Positions 1 through 14,200 of a DNA stretch of 64,000 nucleotides are shown one piece after another. This DNA comes from the human T2T-CHM13v2.0 reference genome, Homo sapiens: the NCBI RefSeq assembly GCF_009914755.1, contig NC_060939.1; one strand, written 5' to 3'. Under the pieces are notes generated by a model. The model did not search any database. It was given only the letters and a program-made list of their open reading frames with translations, and was not told where the DNA came from. The position numbers were made by a program, and so were the translations under genes. Positions within the stretch are counted from its first letter, which is position 1. Each line of letters opens with the position of its first letter.

Positions 1-3000
1 ATATTTCCTTTTCCACAATAGGAATCTAAGCACTCCAAATATCAACTTGCAGATTGTACAGAAAGAGTGTTTCAAAACTGCTCAATGAAAAGAAAGGTTC
101 AACTCTGTGAGATGAATGCACACATCACCATGAATTTTCTCAGAATGCTTCTGTGTAGTTTTTAGTTGAAGATATTCCCATTTCCACCATACGCTGCAAA
201 TGCCTCCAAATATCCACTTGCAGATTCTACAGAAAGAGAGTTTCAAAACTGTTCAATGAAAAGACAGATTCACCTCCGTGAGTTGAATGCACACATCACA
301 GAGAAGTTTCTCAGAAAGCTTCTGTGTAGTTTTTATGTGAAGATATTTCCTTTTACACAACAGGCCTCAAAGTGCTCCAAATATTCACTTGCAGATACTT
401 CAAAAAGATTGTTTCAAAACTGCTCAATCAAGAGAAATGTTCATCTCTGTGAGATGAATGCACACATCACAAAGAAGTTTCTCAGAAAACTTCTTTGTGT
501 TTTTTATGTGAAGGCATTTCCTTTTCCACAATAGGCCACAAAAGGCTCCAAATATCCACTTGCAGATACTATAAAAAGAGAGTTTCAAAGTGGCTCAATC
601 AAAAGATAGGTTCAACTCTGTGAGTTGAATGCACATATCACAAAGGAGTTTCTCAGATTGCTTCTGTGTAGTTTTTATGTGAAGATATTTCCTTTTCCAC
701 AATAGGCCTCAAAGCATTTCAAATATCCACTTGCAGATTATGCAAAAACAGTGCTTCAAAACTGTTCAATCCAAAGTTTCAACTATGTGAGATGAATGCA
801 CATATCCAAAGAAGTTTCTCAGAATGATTCTGTGTAGTTTTTATGTGAAGATATTTCGTTTTCCAAAATAGGCCTCAAAGCCCTCCAAATATCCACTTGC
901 AGATTCTACAAAGAGAGTGTTTCAAAACTGCTCAAACAAAAGAAAGGTTCAACTGTGTGAGATAATTGCACACATCACAAAGAAGTTCTCAGAATGCTTC
1001 TGTGTAGTTTTAATGTGAATATATTTGTTGTTCAACTGTTGGCCTCAAAGCGCTCCAAATATCCACTTGCATATTCTACAAATAGAGTATTTCAAAACTA
1101 CTCAATCAAAAGAAAGGTTCAACTCTGTGAGTTGAATACACACATCCACAGAAGTTTCTCAGAATTCTTATGTGTAATTTTTATGTGAAGATATTTCCTA
1201 TTCCACTGTAGGCTTCAATGCACTCCAAATATCCTCTTGCAGATTCTACAAAGAGAGTGTAACAAAACTGCTCAATCAAAAGAAAGTTCAGCTCCTTGAG
1301 ATGAATGTACACATCACAAATAAGTTTCTCAGAATGCTTCTGTGTAGTTTCTATATGAAGATATTTGCTTTTCCAGAGTAGGCCTCAAAGCACTCCTAAT
1401 ATCCACTTGCAGATTCTGCAAAAACTGTTTCATAACTTCTCAATCAAAAGAAAGTTTCAAGTCGGTGAAATGAAAGCACACAACACAAAGACCCTTCTCA
1501 GAATGCTTCTGTGTAGTTTTTATGTGAAGATATTTAATTTTAGACAATAAGCCTCAAAGCGCTCCAAATAACCACTTGCAGATTCCAAAAAAAGAGCTTT
1601 TCAAAACTGCTCAATCCAAAGAGAGGTTCAACTCTGTGAGATGAATGCACATATCCCAAAGAAGTTTCTCAGACTGCTTCTGTGTAGTTTTTTTTTTTAA
1701 GATATTTCCGTTTCCACAATAGGCCACAAAGGAATCTAAATATCTAGTTGCAGAATCTACAAAAAGAGAGATTCAAAACTGCTCGATCAAAAAATAGGTT
1801 CAACTCTGTGAGTTGAATGTACACATCACAAAGAATTTTCTGAGAATGTTTCTTTGTAGTTTTTAAGTGAAGATATTTCCTTTTTCAAAACAGGCCTCAA
1901 AAGCCCCCAAATATCCACTTGCAGATTCTACAAAAAGATTGTTTCAATACTGCTCAATCATAAGACAGGTTCAACTGTGTGAGATGAAAGAAGACATAAC
2001 AAAGATTTTTCTCAGAATGCTTCTGTGAAGTTTTTATGTGAAGATATTTGCTTTTCCACAGTAGGCCTCAAAGCCCTCCAAATATCCACTTGAAGATATT
2101 ACAAAAACAGTGTTTCAAAACTGCTGAATCATAAAATAGGTTCAACTCTGTGAGTTGAATGCACACATAGCAAAGAAGTTCCTCAGAATGCTTCTGGGTA
2201 GTTTTAATTTGAAGATATTTCCTTTTCCTCCATAGGCCACAAAGGGCTCCAAATGTCCACTTGCAGATCCTGCAAAAAGAGGGAATCAAAACTGCTCAAT
2301 GAAAAGATAGGTTCACCTCTGTGGGTTTAATGCACATATCACAAAGTCGTTTCTCAGAATGCTTCTGTGTAGTTTTTATATGAAGATATTTCCTTTTTCA
2401 CAATAGGCTGCATGGGCTCCAAATATACACTTGCATTTTCTACAAAAAGAGTGTTTCAAAACTGCTCAATCATAAGATAGGTTGAACATTGTGAGATGAA
2501 AGCACACATCACAAAGAAGTTTCTCAGAATGCTTCTGTGTAGTTTTTATATGAAGATATTTCCTTTTCCACCTTAGGCTGCAAAGGGCTCCAAATATCCG
2601 CTTGCAGATTCTATAAAAAGAGAGATTCAAAACTGATCAATAATAAGATAGGTTCAACCCTGTGAGTCGTATGCACACATCAGAAAGAAGATTCTCAGAA
2701 ATCTTTTTTGTAGTTTTTATGTGAAGATATTTCCTTTTCCACAATATGCATCAAAGCGCTCCAAATATCCAATTGCAGATTGCACAGAAAGAGTGTTTCA
2801 AAACTGCTCAATCAAAAGAAAGTTTAAACTTTGTGAGATGAAGGAACACCTCCCAAAGAAGTTTCTCAGAATGCCTTTGTTTTACTTTAAGATATTTCCT
2901 TTTCCTCCATAGCCCGCAAAAGTCTCCAAATATCCCCTGGCAGATTCTGCAAAAAGATTCAAAACTGCTAAATCAAAAGATAGCTTCAACTCCTTGAATT

Positions 3001-6000
3001 CAATGCACACATCAGAAAGAAGTTTCTCAGAATTCTTCGGTGTAGTTTTTATATGAAGATATTTCATTTTCCATGATAGGCTGCAAAGGGTTCAAAATAC
3101 TCACTTGCAGATTCTACAAAAACAGAGATTCAAAACTGCTCAATCAAAACATATGTTCAACTCTGTGTGTTGAATGCACACATTACAGAGAAGTTTCAAA
3201 GAATGCTTCTGTGTAGTTTTTATGTGAAGATATATCCTTTTCCACAATAAGCCACAAAGGGCTCCATATATCCACTTGCAGATTCTACAAAAACGGTGTT
3301 TCTTAAAAGCCCAATCATAAGATAGGTTCAACTCTGTGAGATGAATTCACATATCACAAAGAAGTTTCTCAGAATGCTTCTGTGTAGTTTTTATTTGAAG
3401 ATATTTCCTTTTCCATCATAGGCTGCAAGGGGCTCCAAATATCCACTTGCAGATTCTACAAAAAGAGAGATTTAAAACTGCTCAATCAAAAGATAGTTCA
3501 ACTCTGTGTGTTAAATGCACACATCACAAAGAAGTTTCTAAGAAAGCTTCTGTGTAGTTTTTATATGAAGATATTTCTTTTTCCACCATAGGCCTAAAAG
3601 CACTCCAAATATTCACTTGCAGATTCTACAAAAAGAGTTTTTCAAAACTGCTCAATCAACAGAATGTTCAACCCTGTGAGATTAATGCACACATCAAAAA
3701 GAAGTTTCTCAAAATGCCTCTGTGAAGTTTTCATGTGAGGATATTTGCTTTTCCACAGTCGGCCTCAAATCACTCCAAATATCCACTTTCAGATACTACA
3801 AAAACCGTGTTTCAAATCGGCTCCATCAAAAGAAAAGTTCAACTCTGTGAGGTGAATGCACACATCACAAAGAAGTTTCTCAGAATATTTCTGTGTAGTT
3901 TTTATGTGAAGATATCTTCTTTTCTAAAGTAGGCCTCAAAGCACTCCAAATATCCACTTGCAGATTCAACAAAAACAGTATTTCAAAACTAGTCAATCAA
4001 AATAAAGTTTCAACTCTGTGTGGTGAATGCATTCATCACAAAGAAGTTACTCAGAATGCGTCCATGTAATTTTTATGTGAGGTTTATGCTTTTCCACAGT
4101 AGGCCTCAAAGCACTCCAAATAACCACTTGCAGATTCTACAAAAGTGTGTTTCAAATCTCCTCAATAAAAAGAAAAATTCAAATCTGTGAGATGATTGCA
4201 CACATCACAAAGAAGTTTCTCAGAATGGTTGTGTATAGTTTTTATGTGAAGATATTTCCTTTTCCGCAGAAGGTCTCAGAGCTCTCCAAATATCCATTTG
4301 CAGATACTACAAAAACAATGTTTCAAAACTGCTCATTCGAAAGAAATTTTCAACACTTTGAGATGAATGCACACATCAAAAAAGAGTTTCTCAAAATGCT
4401 TCTGTGTAGTTTTTATTGGAAGAAATTTCCTTTTCCACCATAGGCCAGAAGGGGCTCCAAATACCCACTTGCAGATTCTACAAAAAGAGAGATTCAAAAC
4501 TGCCGAATCAAAAGATAAGTTCAACTCGGTGAGTTTAATGCACACATCACAAAGAAGTTTCTCTGAATCCTTCTGTGTAGTTTTTATATGAATATATTTT
4601 CTTTTCCACTGTAGGCCTCAAAGCGCTCCAAATATCCACTGGTGGATTCTACAAAAAGATAGATTCAAAGCTGCTCAATCAAAAGAATGGTTCAACTCTG
4701 TGGTAAGATAGATTCTACTCTGTGAGAGGAAAGCACAATTTACAAAGAAGTTTCTCAGAATGCTTCTGGGTAGTTTATATTTAAAGATAACTCCTTTTCC
4801 TAAAGAGCTCAAAATATCCAATTGCAGATTCTACAAAAAGAGAGACTCAAATCTGCTCAGTCAAAAGAAAGGTTCAACTTTGTGAGATGAATGCACTCAT
4901 CACGAAGAAGTTACTCAGAATGCCTCTGTGTGGTTTTTTTCTGAAGATATTTGCTTTTCCACAGTAAGCCACAGAGCACTCCAAGTATCCACTAGCAGAT
5001 TCCACAAAAACAGTGTTTCAAAACCGCTCAGTCGAAAGAAAGATTCAACTCTTTGAGATGAATGCACACATCACAAAGAAGTTTCTCAGAATGCTTCTAT
5101 GTGGTTTTTATGTGAAGATATTACCTTTTCCACAATAGTACTCAAAGCCCTCCAAGTATCCACTTGCAGATTCTACAAAGAGAGTGTTTCAAAACTGCTC
5201 AATCATAAGATAGGATCAGCTCTGTGAGATGAATGCACAAATCACAAAGAAGTTTCTCAGAATGCTTCTGTGTAGATTTATTTGAAGATATTTCATTTTC
5301 CTCCAAAGGTCACAAAGGGCTCCTCATATCCACATGCAGATTCTACAAAAACATAGATTCAAAACTGCTCAATCAAATGATAGGTTCAAGTATGTGAGTT
5401 GAATGCTCACATCAAAAGTAGTTTGTCAGAATGCTTCTGTGTACTTTTTATGTGAAGATATTTCCTTCTCCACAATAGGCCTCAAAGCCCTCCAAATATC
5501 TACTTGCCGATTCTAGAAAAAGAGTGTTTCATAAGTGCTCAATCAAAAGAAAGTTTCAACTCCGTGAGCACACATCACAAAGAAGTTTCTCAGAATGCTT
5601 CTGTGTAGTTTTTATGTGAAGATATATGCTTTTCTACAGTAGGCCTCAAGTATCTCCAAATATCCACTTGTAGATACTACAAAAAGAGTGTTTCAAAACT
5701 GCTCAATCGAAAGAAAGTTTCAACTCTGTGAGATGAATGCACACATCCCAAAGAAACTTCTCAGAATGTTTCTGTGTAGTTATTACGTGAAGATATTTCC
5801 TTTTCCATAACAGCCTTCAAAGCACTCCATATATCCTTTAGCAGATTGTACAAAAAGAGTGTTTGAAAAGTGCTCAATGATAAGATAGGTTCAACTCTGT
5901 GAGAAGAATGCACACATCACTAAGAATTTTCTCAGAATGCTTCTGTGCAGTTTTTATTTGAAGATATTTCCTTTTTCACCATAGGCAGAAAAGGGCCCCA

Positions 6001-9000
6001 AATATCCACTTGCAGATTCTGCAAAAGAGATATTCAAAACAGCTCAATCAAAAGATAGGTTAAAGTCTGTGAGTTGAATGCATACATCTTAAATAATTTT
6101 CTCAGAATGCTTCTGCGTATTCTTTATTAGAAAATATTTCCTTTTCCAAAATAAGCCTCAAATCCTCCAAATATCCACCTGCAAATTTTATGAAAAGAGT
6201 GTTTCAAAACTGCTCAATGATATGATAGTTTCAGTTCTGTGAGATGAGTTCACACATCACGAAGAGGTTTCTCACAATGCTGTCGTATAGAGTTTATTTC
6301 AAGATATTTCCTTTTCCACCATAGGCCAATAAGGGCTCCAAATATCCAGTTGAAGATTCTACAGAAAGAGAGATTCAAAACTGCTCGATCAAAAGATTGG
6401 TTCAACTCTGTGAGTTGAAAGCACACATCACAAAGTAATTTATCAGAATGCTTCTGTGTAGTATTTATGTGAAGATATTACCTTTTCTAAAATAGGCCTC
6501 AAATCCCTCCAAATATGCACCTGCAGATTCTACAAAAAGAGCGTTTCCAATCTGCTCAATCAAAATAAATGTTAAAATCTGTGTGGTGAATGCACACATC
6601 AAAAAGAACTTTCTCAGAATGCATATGTGTAGTTTTTATGTGAAGATATTTCCTTTTCCACAATAGGCCTCAAAGCTGTCCAAATATCCACTTGCAGATT
6701 CTACGAAAACAGTGTGTCAAAACTGCTCAATATTAAGATAGGTTCAACTCTGTGAGATGAATTCACACATCACAAAGAAGTTTCTCAGAATTCTTCTGTG
6801 CAGTTTTTATAGGTAGATATTTCCTTTTCCACAATAGGCCATAAAGTGCTCCAAATATCCACTTGCAGATTCTACAAAAAGAGTGTTTCAAAACTGCTCA
6901 ATCAAAAGATAGGTTCAACACTGTGAGTTGAATGCACATATCAAAAACGAGTTTCTCAGAATGCTTCTGTGTAGTGTTTATGTGAAGATATTTCCTTTTC
7001 CAAAATAGGCCCCAAAGCCCTCCAAATATCCACTTGCAGATTCTACATAAAAAGTGTTACAAAACTGTTCAATCTAAATAAAGGTTCAACTCTGTGTGAT
7101 GAATGCACTCATCAGAAAGAAGTTTCTCAGAATGCTTCTCTGTAGTTTTTATGTGAAGATATTTCCTTTTCCACAATAGGCCTCAAAGATTTCCAAATAT
7201 CCACTTTCAGATTCTACAAAATAGTGTTTCAAAACTGCTCAATCATAGTATAGGTTCAACTCTGTGAAAATAATGCACTCATCACAAAGAAGTTTCTCAG
7301 AATGCTTCTGTGTAGTTTTCGTATGAAGATATTTCCTTTTTCACCATAGGCTGAAAAGGGCTCAAAACATCCTCTTGCAGATTCTACAAAAAGAGAAATT
7401 CAAAACTGCTCAATCAAAAGATAGTTTCAACTCAGTGAGTTTAATGCACACTTAACAAAGGTGTTTCTCAGAATTCTTCCGTGTAGTTTTTATTTGAAGA
7501 TATTTCCTTTTCCACAATAGGCCTCAAAGCGCCCCAAATGTCCACTTGCAGATTCTACAAAAAGAGTGTTTCAAAACTACTCAATCAAACGAAAAGTTCA
7601 ACTCTGTGAGATGAAAGCACACATCACAAAGAAGTTTCTCACAATGCCTTTGTGTAGTTTTTTTGTGAAGATGTTTTCTTTTCCACATTAGACCTGAAAA
7701 CAATCCAAATATCCACCTGCAGATTCCACAAAATCATTGTTTCAAAATTTCTCAATCAAAAGAAATCTTCAACTCTATGAGATGAATGCACACATCACAA
7801 AGTAATTTCTCACAATGGCTCTGTGTAGTTTTTTTGTGAAGACATTTTCTTTTCCACAGTAGATCTGAAAGTGCTCCAAATATCCACTTGCTGATTCTGC
7901 AAAAACAGTGTTTCAAAATTACTCAGTCAAAAGAAAGTTTCGACTCTGTGAGATGAATTCACATATTACAAAGAAGTTTCTCAGAGTGTTTCTGTGTAGT
8001 TTTTATGTGAAGATATTTCCTTTTCAACAAAAGGCATCAAAGCTCTCCAAGAATCCACTTACAGATTCTAGAAAGAGAGTGTAACAAAACTGCTCATTCA
8101 TAAGATACGTTCAACACCGTGAGATGAATGTACACATTACTGAAGTTTCTCAGAATTCTTCTGTGTAGTTTATATTTGAAGATATTTCCTTTTCCCCCAT
8201 GGGCTGCAAGGGCTCCAAATATACACTTTAAGATTCTACAAAAAGAGAGATTCAAAACTGCTCAATCAAAAGATAGGTTCAACTGTGTGAGTTGAATGCA
8301 CATCACGAAGTAGTTTCTCAGAATGCCTCTGTGTAGTTTTTATGTGAAAATATTTTCTTTTTCAGAGTAGGCCTCAATTGCTCCAAATATCCACTTGCAA
8401 ATGCTACAAAAACACTGTTTCAAAACTGCTCAATCAAAAGAAATGTTCAACTCTGTGAGAGGAATGCACATATCACAGGGAAGTTTCCCAGAAAGCTTCT
8501 GTGTAGTTTTTATGTGAAGATATTTCCTTTTCCACAGTAGGCCTCATAATGCTCCAAGTATCCACTTACAGATTCTACAAAGAGAGTGTTTCAAAACTGC
8601 TCAATCAAAACATAGGTTCAACTCTGTGAGATGAATGCACAGATCATGAAGAAGTTTCTCTGAATGCTTCTGTGTACCTTTTCTTTGAAGATATTTCCTT
8701 TTTATTCATAGGCCAGAAAGGCACCAAATATCCAGTTGCAGATTCTATGAAGAGAGATTCAATACTGCTCAATGAAAAGATAGGTTCAACTATGTGAGTT
8801 GAATGCACACATCACGAAGAAGTTTCTCAGAATGCCTCAGTGTAGTTCTTATGTGAAGATATTTGTTTTTCCACAGTAGGCCTCAAAGCACTCCGAATAT
8901 CCACTTGCAGATTCTACGAAAACAACGTTTCAAAATTGCTCAATCAAAAGAAAATTTCAACACTGTGAGATGAATGCACACATCACAAAGTAGTTTCTCA

Positions 9001-11200
9001 GAATGCTTCTGTGTAGTTTTTGTGTGAAGATATTTTGTTTTCCACAATAGGCCACAAAGTGCTCCAAATATCCACTTGCAGATTCTACGAAAACAGCGTT
9101 TCAAAACGGCTCTATCAAAAGAAAATTTCAACTCTGAGATGAGTTCACACATCACAAAGAAATTTCTCACAATTCCTTCTTGTAGAGTTTATTTAAAGAT
9201 ATTCCCTTTTCCACCATAGGCCGATAAGGTCTCTAAATATCCGGTTGAAGATTCTACGAAAAGATTCAAAGCTGATCCATCAAGAGATTGGTTAAACTCT
9301 GTGAGCTGAATGCACATATCACAAAGATGTTTCTCAGAATGCTTCTGTGTAGTCTTTATGTAAAAATATTTCCTTTTCCAAAATAGGCCTCAAAGCCCTC
9401 CAAATATCCACCTTCAGATTCTACAAATAGAGCGTTTCAAATCTGCTCAATCAAAAAAATGTTAAAATCTGTGTAATGAATGTACACATCATAAAGAAGT
9501 TTCTCAGAATGCCTACGTGTAGTTTTTATGTGAAGATATTTCCTTTTCCCCAATAGGCCTCAAAGCTGTCCAAATATCCACTTGCAGATTCTACAAAAAG
9601 AGTGTTTCAAAACTGCTCTATCAAAAGATAGTTTCAACACTGCGAGTTGAATGTACACATCACAAAGAAGTTTCTCAGAATGTGTCTGTGTAGTTTTGAT
9701 GTGAAGATATTTCCTTTTCCAAAATAGGCCTCAAAGCCCTCCAAATATCGACCTGCAGTTTCTACATAAAGAGTGTTACAAAACTGTTCAATCAAAAGGA
9801 AAGGTTCAACTCTGTGTGATGAATGCACTCATAACAAAGAAGTTTCTCAGAATGCTTCTGTGTAGTTTTTATATGAATATATTTCCTTTTCCACAATATA
9901 CCTAAAAGCACTCCAAATATAAACTTGCAGATTCTACAAAAAGAGTGACTCAAAACTGTTCCATCAAAAGATAGGTTCAACTCTGAGTTGAATGCACACA
10001 TCACAAAAAGTTTCTCAGAATGCTTCTGTGTAGTTGTTATGTGAAGATATTTCCTTTTCCACACTAGGCCTCAAAGCTCTCTAAATATCCACTTGCAGAT
10101 TCTGCAATAAGAGAGATTCAGAACTGCTCCAACAAAATATAGGCTCAATTCTGTGAGTTGAATGCACATATCACAAAGATGTTTCCCAGAATGCTTTTGT
10201 GTAGTTTTTATGTGAAGATGTTTCCTTTTCCGCAATTGGCCTCAAAGGTCTCCCAATATCCACTTGAACATACTTCAAAAAGAGAGATTCAAAACTGATC
10301 AATCAAAAGATAGGTTCGAGTCCATGAGTTGCATGAACGCCTCAAAAGGAAGTTTCTGAGAATGCTTCTGTGTAGTTTTTATGTGAAGATATTTGCTTTT
10401 CCTCAATAGGCCTCAAAGCGCTCCAAATATCCACTTGCAGATTCTGCAAAACGAGAGATTCAAAACTGCTCAATCAAAAGATAAGTTCAACTCTGTTTGT
10501 TGAATGCACACATAAATAAGAAGTTTCTCAGAATGCTTCTGTGTAGTTTTATGTGAAGATATTTCCTTTTCCAAAAGAGTTCTCAAAGCCCTAAAAATAT
10601 CCACTTCTAGATTCTACAAAAAGAGTGTTTCAAAACTGCTCAATCAAAAGAAAAGTTCAACTCTGTGTGATGAATGCACTCATCACAAAGAAGTTTCTCT
10701 GAATCCTTCTGTATAGTTTGTATTTGAAGATATTTCCTTTTCCACCTTAGGGCACAAAGGGCTCCAAATATCCCCTTGCAGATTCTACAGAAAGAGAGAT
10801 TAAAAACTTCTCAATCAAAAGATAGGTTCAACACTGTGAGTTGAATGTACTCATCACAACGAAGTTTCTCAGAATGCTTCTGTGTAGTTTTTATATGAAG
10901 ATATTTCCTTTTCCACAATAGGACTCAAATCGCTCCAAATATCCACTTGCAGATTCTACAAAAGCAGTGTATCAAAACTGCTCAATCAAAAGAAAGGATC
11001 AACTCTGTGAGATGAATGCATACATCACAAAGTTTCTCAGAATGCTTCTGTGTAGTTTTTGTGTGAACATATTTCCTTTTCCACAATAGGCCTCAACGTT
11101 CTCCAAATACCCACTTGCAGATTCTACAAAGAGTGTTTCAAAACTGCTCTATCAAAAGAAATGTTTAACTCTGTGACATGAATGCACACATCACAAAGAA
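1..11200 (-). repeat. Alpha satellite, diverged monomeric domain (type A; SF4/Ga-like, assignment tentative)
   Basis: 171-bp period (GTGAAG at 337, 508, 679). Reverse complement of the alphoid consensus CATTCTGAGAAACTTCTTTGTGATGTGTGCATTCAACTCACAGAGTTGAAC. Diagnostic words CTGTGTAG, AATATCCAC, AAGATAGGTTC. Right boundary is approximate. Confidence 0.95.
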
Positions 11201-14200
11201 TTTTCTCAGATTGCTTCTGCCTAGATTTTATATGAAGATATTTCCTTTTCTAAAATAGGCCACAAAGCACTCCAAATATCCACTTGCAGATTCTACATAA
11301 AGAGTGTTTCCAAACTGCTGAATCAAAAGAAAAGTTCAACTCTGTGAGATGAACGAACGCATCACAAAGTGTTTCTCAGAGTTCTTCTGTCTAGTTTTTA
11401 TGTGAAGATATTTCCTTTTCCACCATAGGCCTGAAAGCTCTCCAAATGTCCACTTGCAAATTCTACAAAAAGAGAGTTTCAAACTGCTTAAAAAAAAGAA
11501 TGTTCAAACTCCTTGAGATGAATGCACACATCACAAAGAAGTTTCTCAGATTGCTTCTGTCTATATTTTATGTGAAGATATTTCCTTTTCTGCTTAGGGA
11601 CGCAAAGCGCTCCAAATGTCCACTTGCAGATTCTACAAAAAGAATGTTTCCAAACTGCTCACTCAAAAGAAAGGTTCTACACTGTAAGATGAATGCACAC
11701 ATCTCAAAGAAGTTTATCAGAATTCTTCTGTCTAGTTTTTATGTGAAGATATTCCCTTTTCCACCATAGTCTTCAAAGCGCTCCAAATGTCCAGTTGCAG
11801 ATTCTGCAAAAAGAGTTTCAAAACTGCTCAATCAAAAGAAAGGTTTAACTCTGTGAGATGAATACACACATCACAAAGAAGTTTTTCAGATTCCTTCTGT
11901 CTGGATTTTATGTGAAGATATTTCCTATTCTACCAATGGACGTAAAGTGCTCCAAATGTGCACGTGCAGATTCTACAAAACGAGTGTTTCCAAACTGCTC
12001 AATCAAAAGAGAGGTACAACTCCGTGAGGTGAACACACACATCACAGAGAAGTTTGCCATAATTCTTCTGTGTAGTTTTAAACTGAAGATATTTCCTTTT
12101 CCACCATGGGCCTCAAAACACTCCAAATGTCCAATTGTAGAATCTACAAAAATAGAGTTTCAAAACTGCTCAATCAAACTAAAGGTCCAACTCCCTGAAA
12201 TGAACGCATTCATCACAAAGAAGTTTCTCAGAATTCTTCTGTCTAGTTTCTATGTGAAGATATTTGCTTTTACACCATAGGACTCAAAGCACTCCAAATG
12301 TCCACTTGAAGATTCCACGAAAAGACTGTTTCCAAAATACTGAATTAAATGAGACGTTCAACTCTGTGAGATGAACGCACACATCATAAAGAAGTTTCTC
12401 AGAATTCTTCTGTCTAGTTTTTATGTGAAGATACTTCCTTTTCTTCCATAGGAATCAAAGGGCTTCAAATGTCCCTTTGCAAATTCTACAAATAGAGAGT
12501 TTCAAAACTGTGCAATCAACAGAAAGGTTTAATTCTGTAAGACTAATGTACACATCATGAAGAAGTTTCTCAGATTGCTTCTTTCTAGATTTTATGTGAA
12601 GATATTTCCTTTTCTACCATAGGCTGCAAAGCTCTCCAATTGCAGATTCTACAAAAAAAGAGTTTCAACACAGTTCTATAAAAAGAAAGCTTTAAATCTA
12701 TGAGATGAATGCATACATCACAATGAAGTTTCTCAGATTCCTTGTGTCTAGATTTTATGTGAAGATATTTCCTTTTCTGTGATAGGCCTCAAAGCACTCC
12801 AAATGTCCACTTTCATATTCTACAAAAAGAGGGTTTCCAAACTGCTCAATCTAAAGAAAGGTTCAACTCTGTGAGATGAATGCACACATCACAAAGAATT
12901 CTGTCAGAATTCTCCTGTCTAGTTTTTATTTGAAGATAGTACCTTTTCCAGCATAGGCCTCAAAGCGATCCAAATGTCCACTTGCAGATTCTACAAAAAC
13001 AGAGTTTCAAAACTGCTCAATCAAAAGAAAGGGTTCACTCTGTCAGATGAATGCACACATCACAAAGAAGTTTCTCAGATTGCTTCTGTCTACATTTTAT
13101 GTGAAGATATTTCCTTTTCTACCATAGGCCACAAAACGCTCCAAATGTTCACCTGCAGATTCTACAAAAAGAGTGTTTCTAAAGTGCTCAATCCAAAGAA
13201 AGGTTCAAATATGTGAGATGAACGCACACATCACAAACAAGTTTCTCAGAATGCTTCTATATAGTTTTTATATGAAGATATTTCCTTTTCTACCATAGGA
13301 CACAAAGTGCTCTGAATGTCCACCTGAAGATTCTACAAAAACAGTGTTTCCAAACTGCTCAATCAAAAGAAAGATTCAACTCTGTAAGATGAACGCAGAC
13401 GTCTTGAACAAGTTTCACAGAATTCTTCTGTCTAGTTTTCATGTGAAAATATTTCCTTTTCCACCTTAGGTCTCAAATTTCTCCAAAAAAAAAAAAAAGA
13501 CATTAAAAAAAAAGATAGGTTCAACTCTGTGAGTTGAATGCACACATCACAAAGAAGTTTCTCAGATTGCTTCTGTCTAGATTTTATCTGAAGATATTTC
13601 CTTTTCTATTAGAGGCTGCAAAGTGCTCCAAATATCCACTTGCAGATTCAACAAAAAGAGTTTTTCCAAACAGCTGTATCAAAAGAAACGTTCAACTCTG
13701 TGAGATGGATGCACACATCACAAAGAAGTTTCTCAGAATTCTTCTGTCTAGTTTTTATGTTCCTTTTCCACCATAGGCCTCAAAGTGCTACAAATGTCCA
13801 CTTGCAGATACTACAAAAAGAGAGTTTAAAAACTGCTCAATCAAAAGAAAGATTAAACAGTGTGAGATGAAGGTACACAACACAAAGAAGTTTCTCAGAT
13901 TGCTTCTGTCTAGATTTTATGAGAAGATATTTTCTTTTCTACTACAGGCCACAAACTGTCCAAATTTCCCCTGCAGATTCTACAAAAAGTGTTTCCAAAC
14001 TGCTCAATCAAAAGAAAGTTTCAAATCAGTGAGGTGAAAGCGCATATCACAAAGAAATTTTTCAGAATTCTTCTGTCTTGTTTTTATGTGAAGATATTTC
14101 CTGTTCCACCATAGGCCTCAAAACGCTGCAAATGTCCAATTGCAGATTCTACATTAATAGAGTTTCAAAATTGCGCAACCAAAAGGAAGGTTTAATTTTG

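Noticed and set aside
4683-4724. Short ~22-bp out-of-register duplication (AAGAATGGTTCAACTCTGTG GT AAGATAGATTCTACTCTGTG)
   Set aside because: Ordinary small indel in decaying satellite, seen once.
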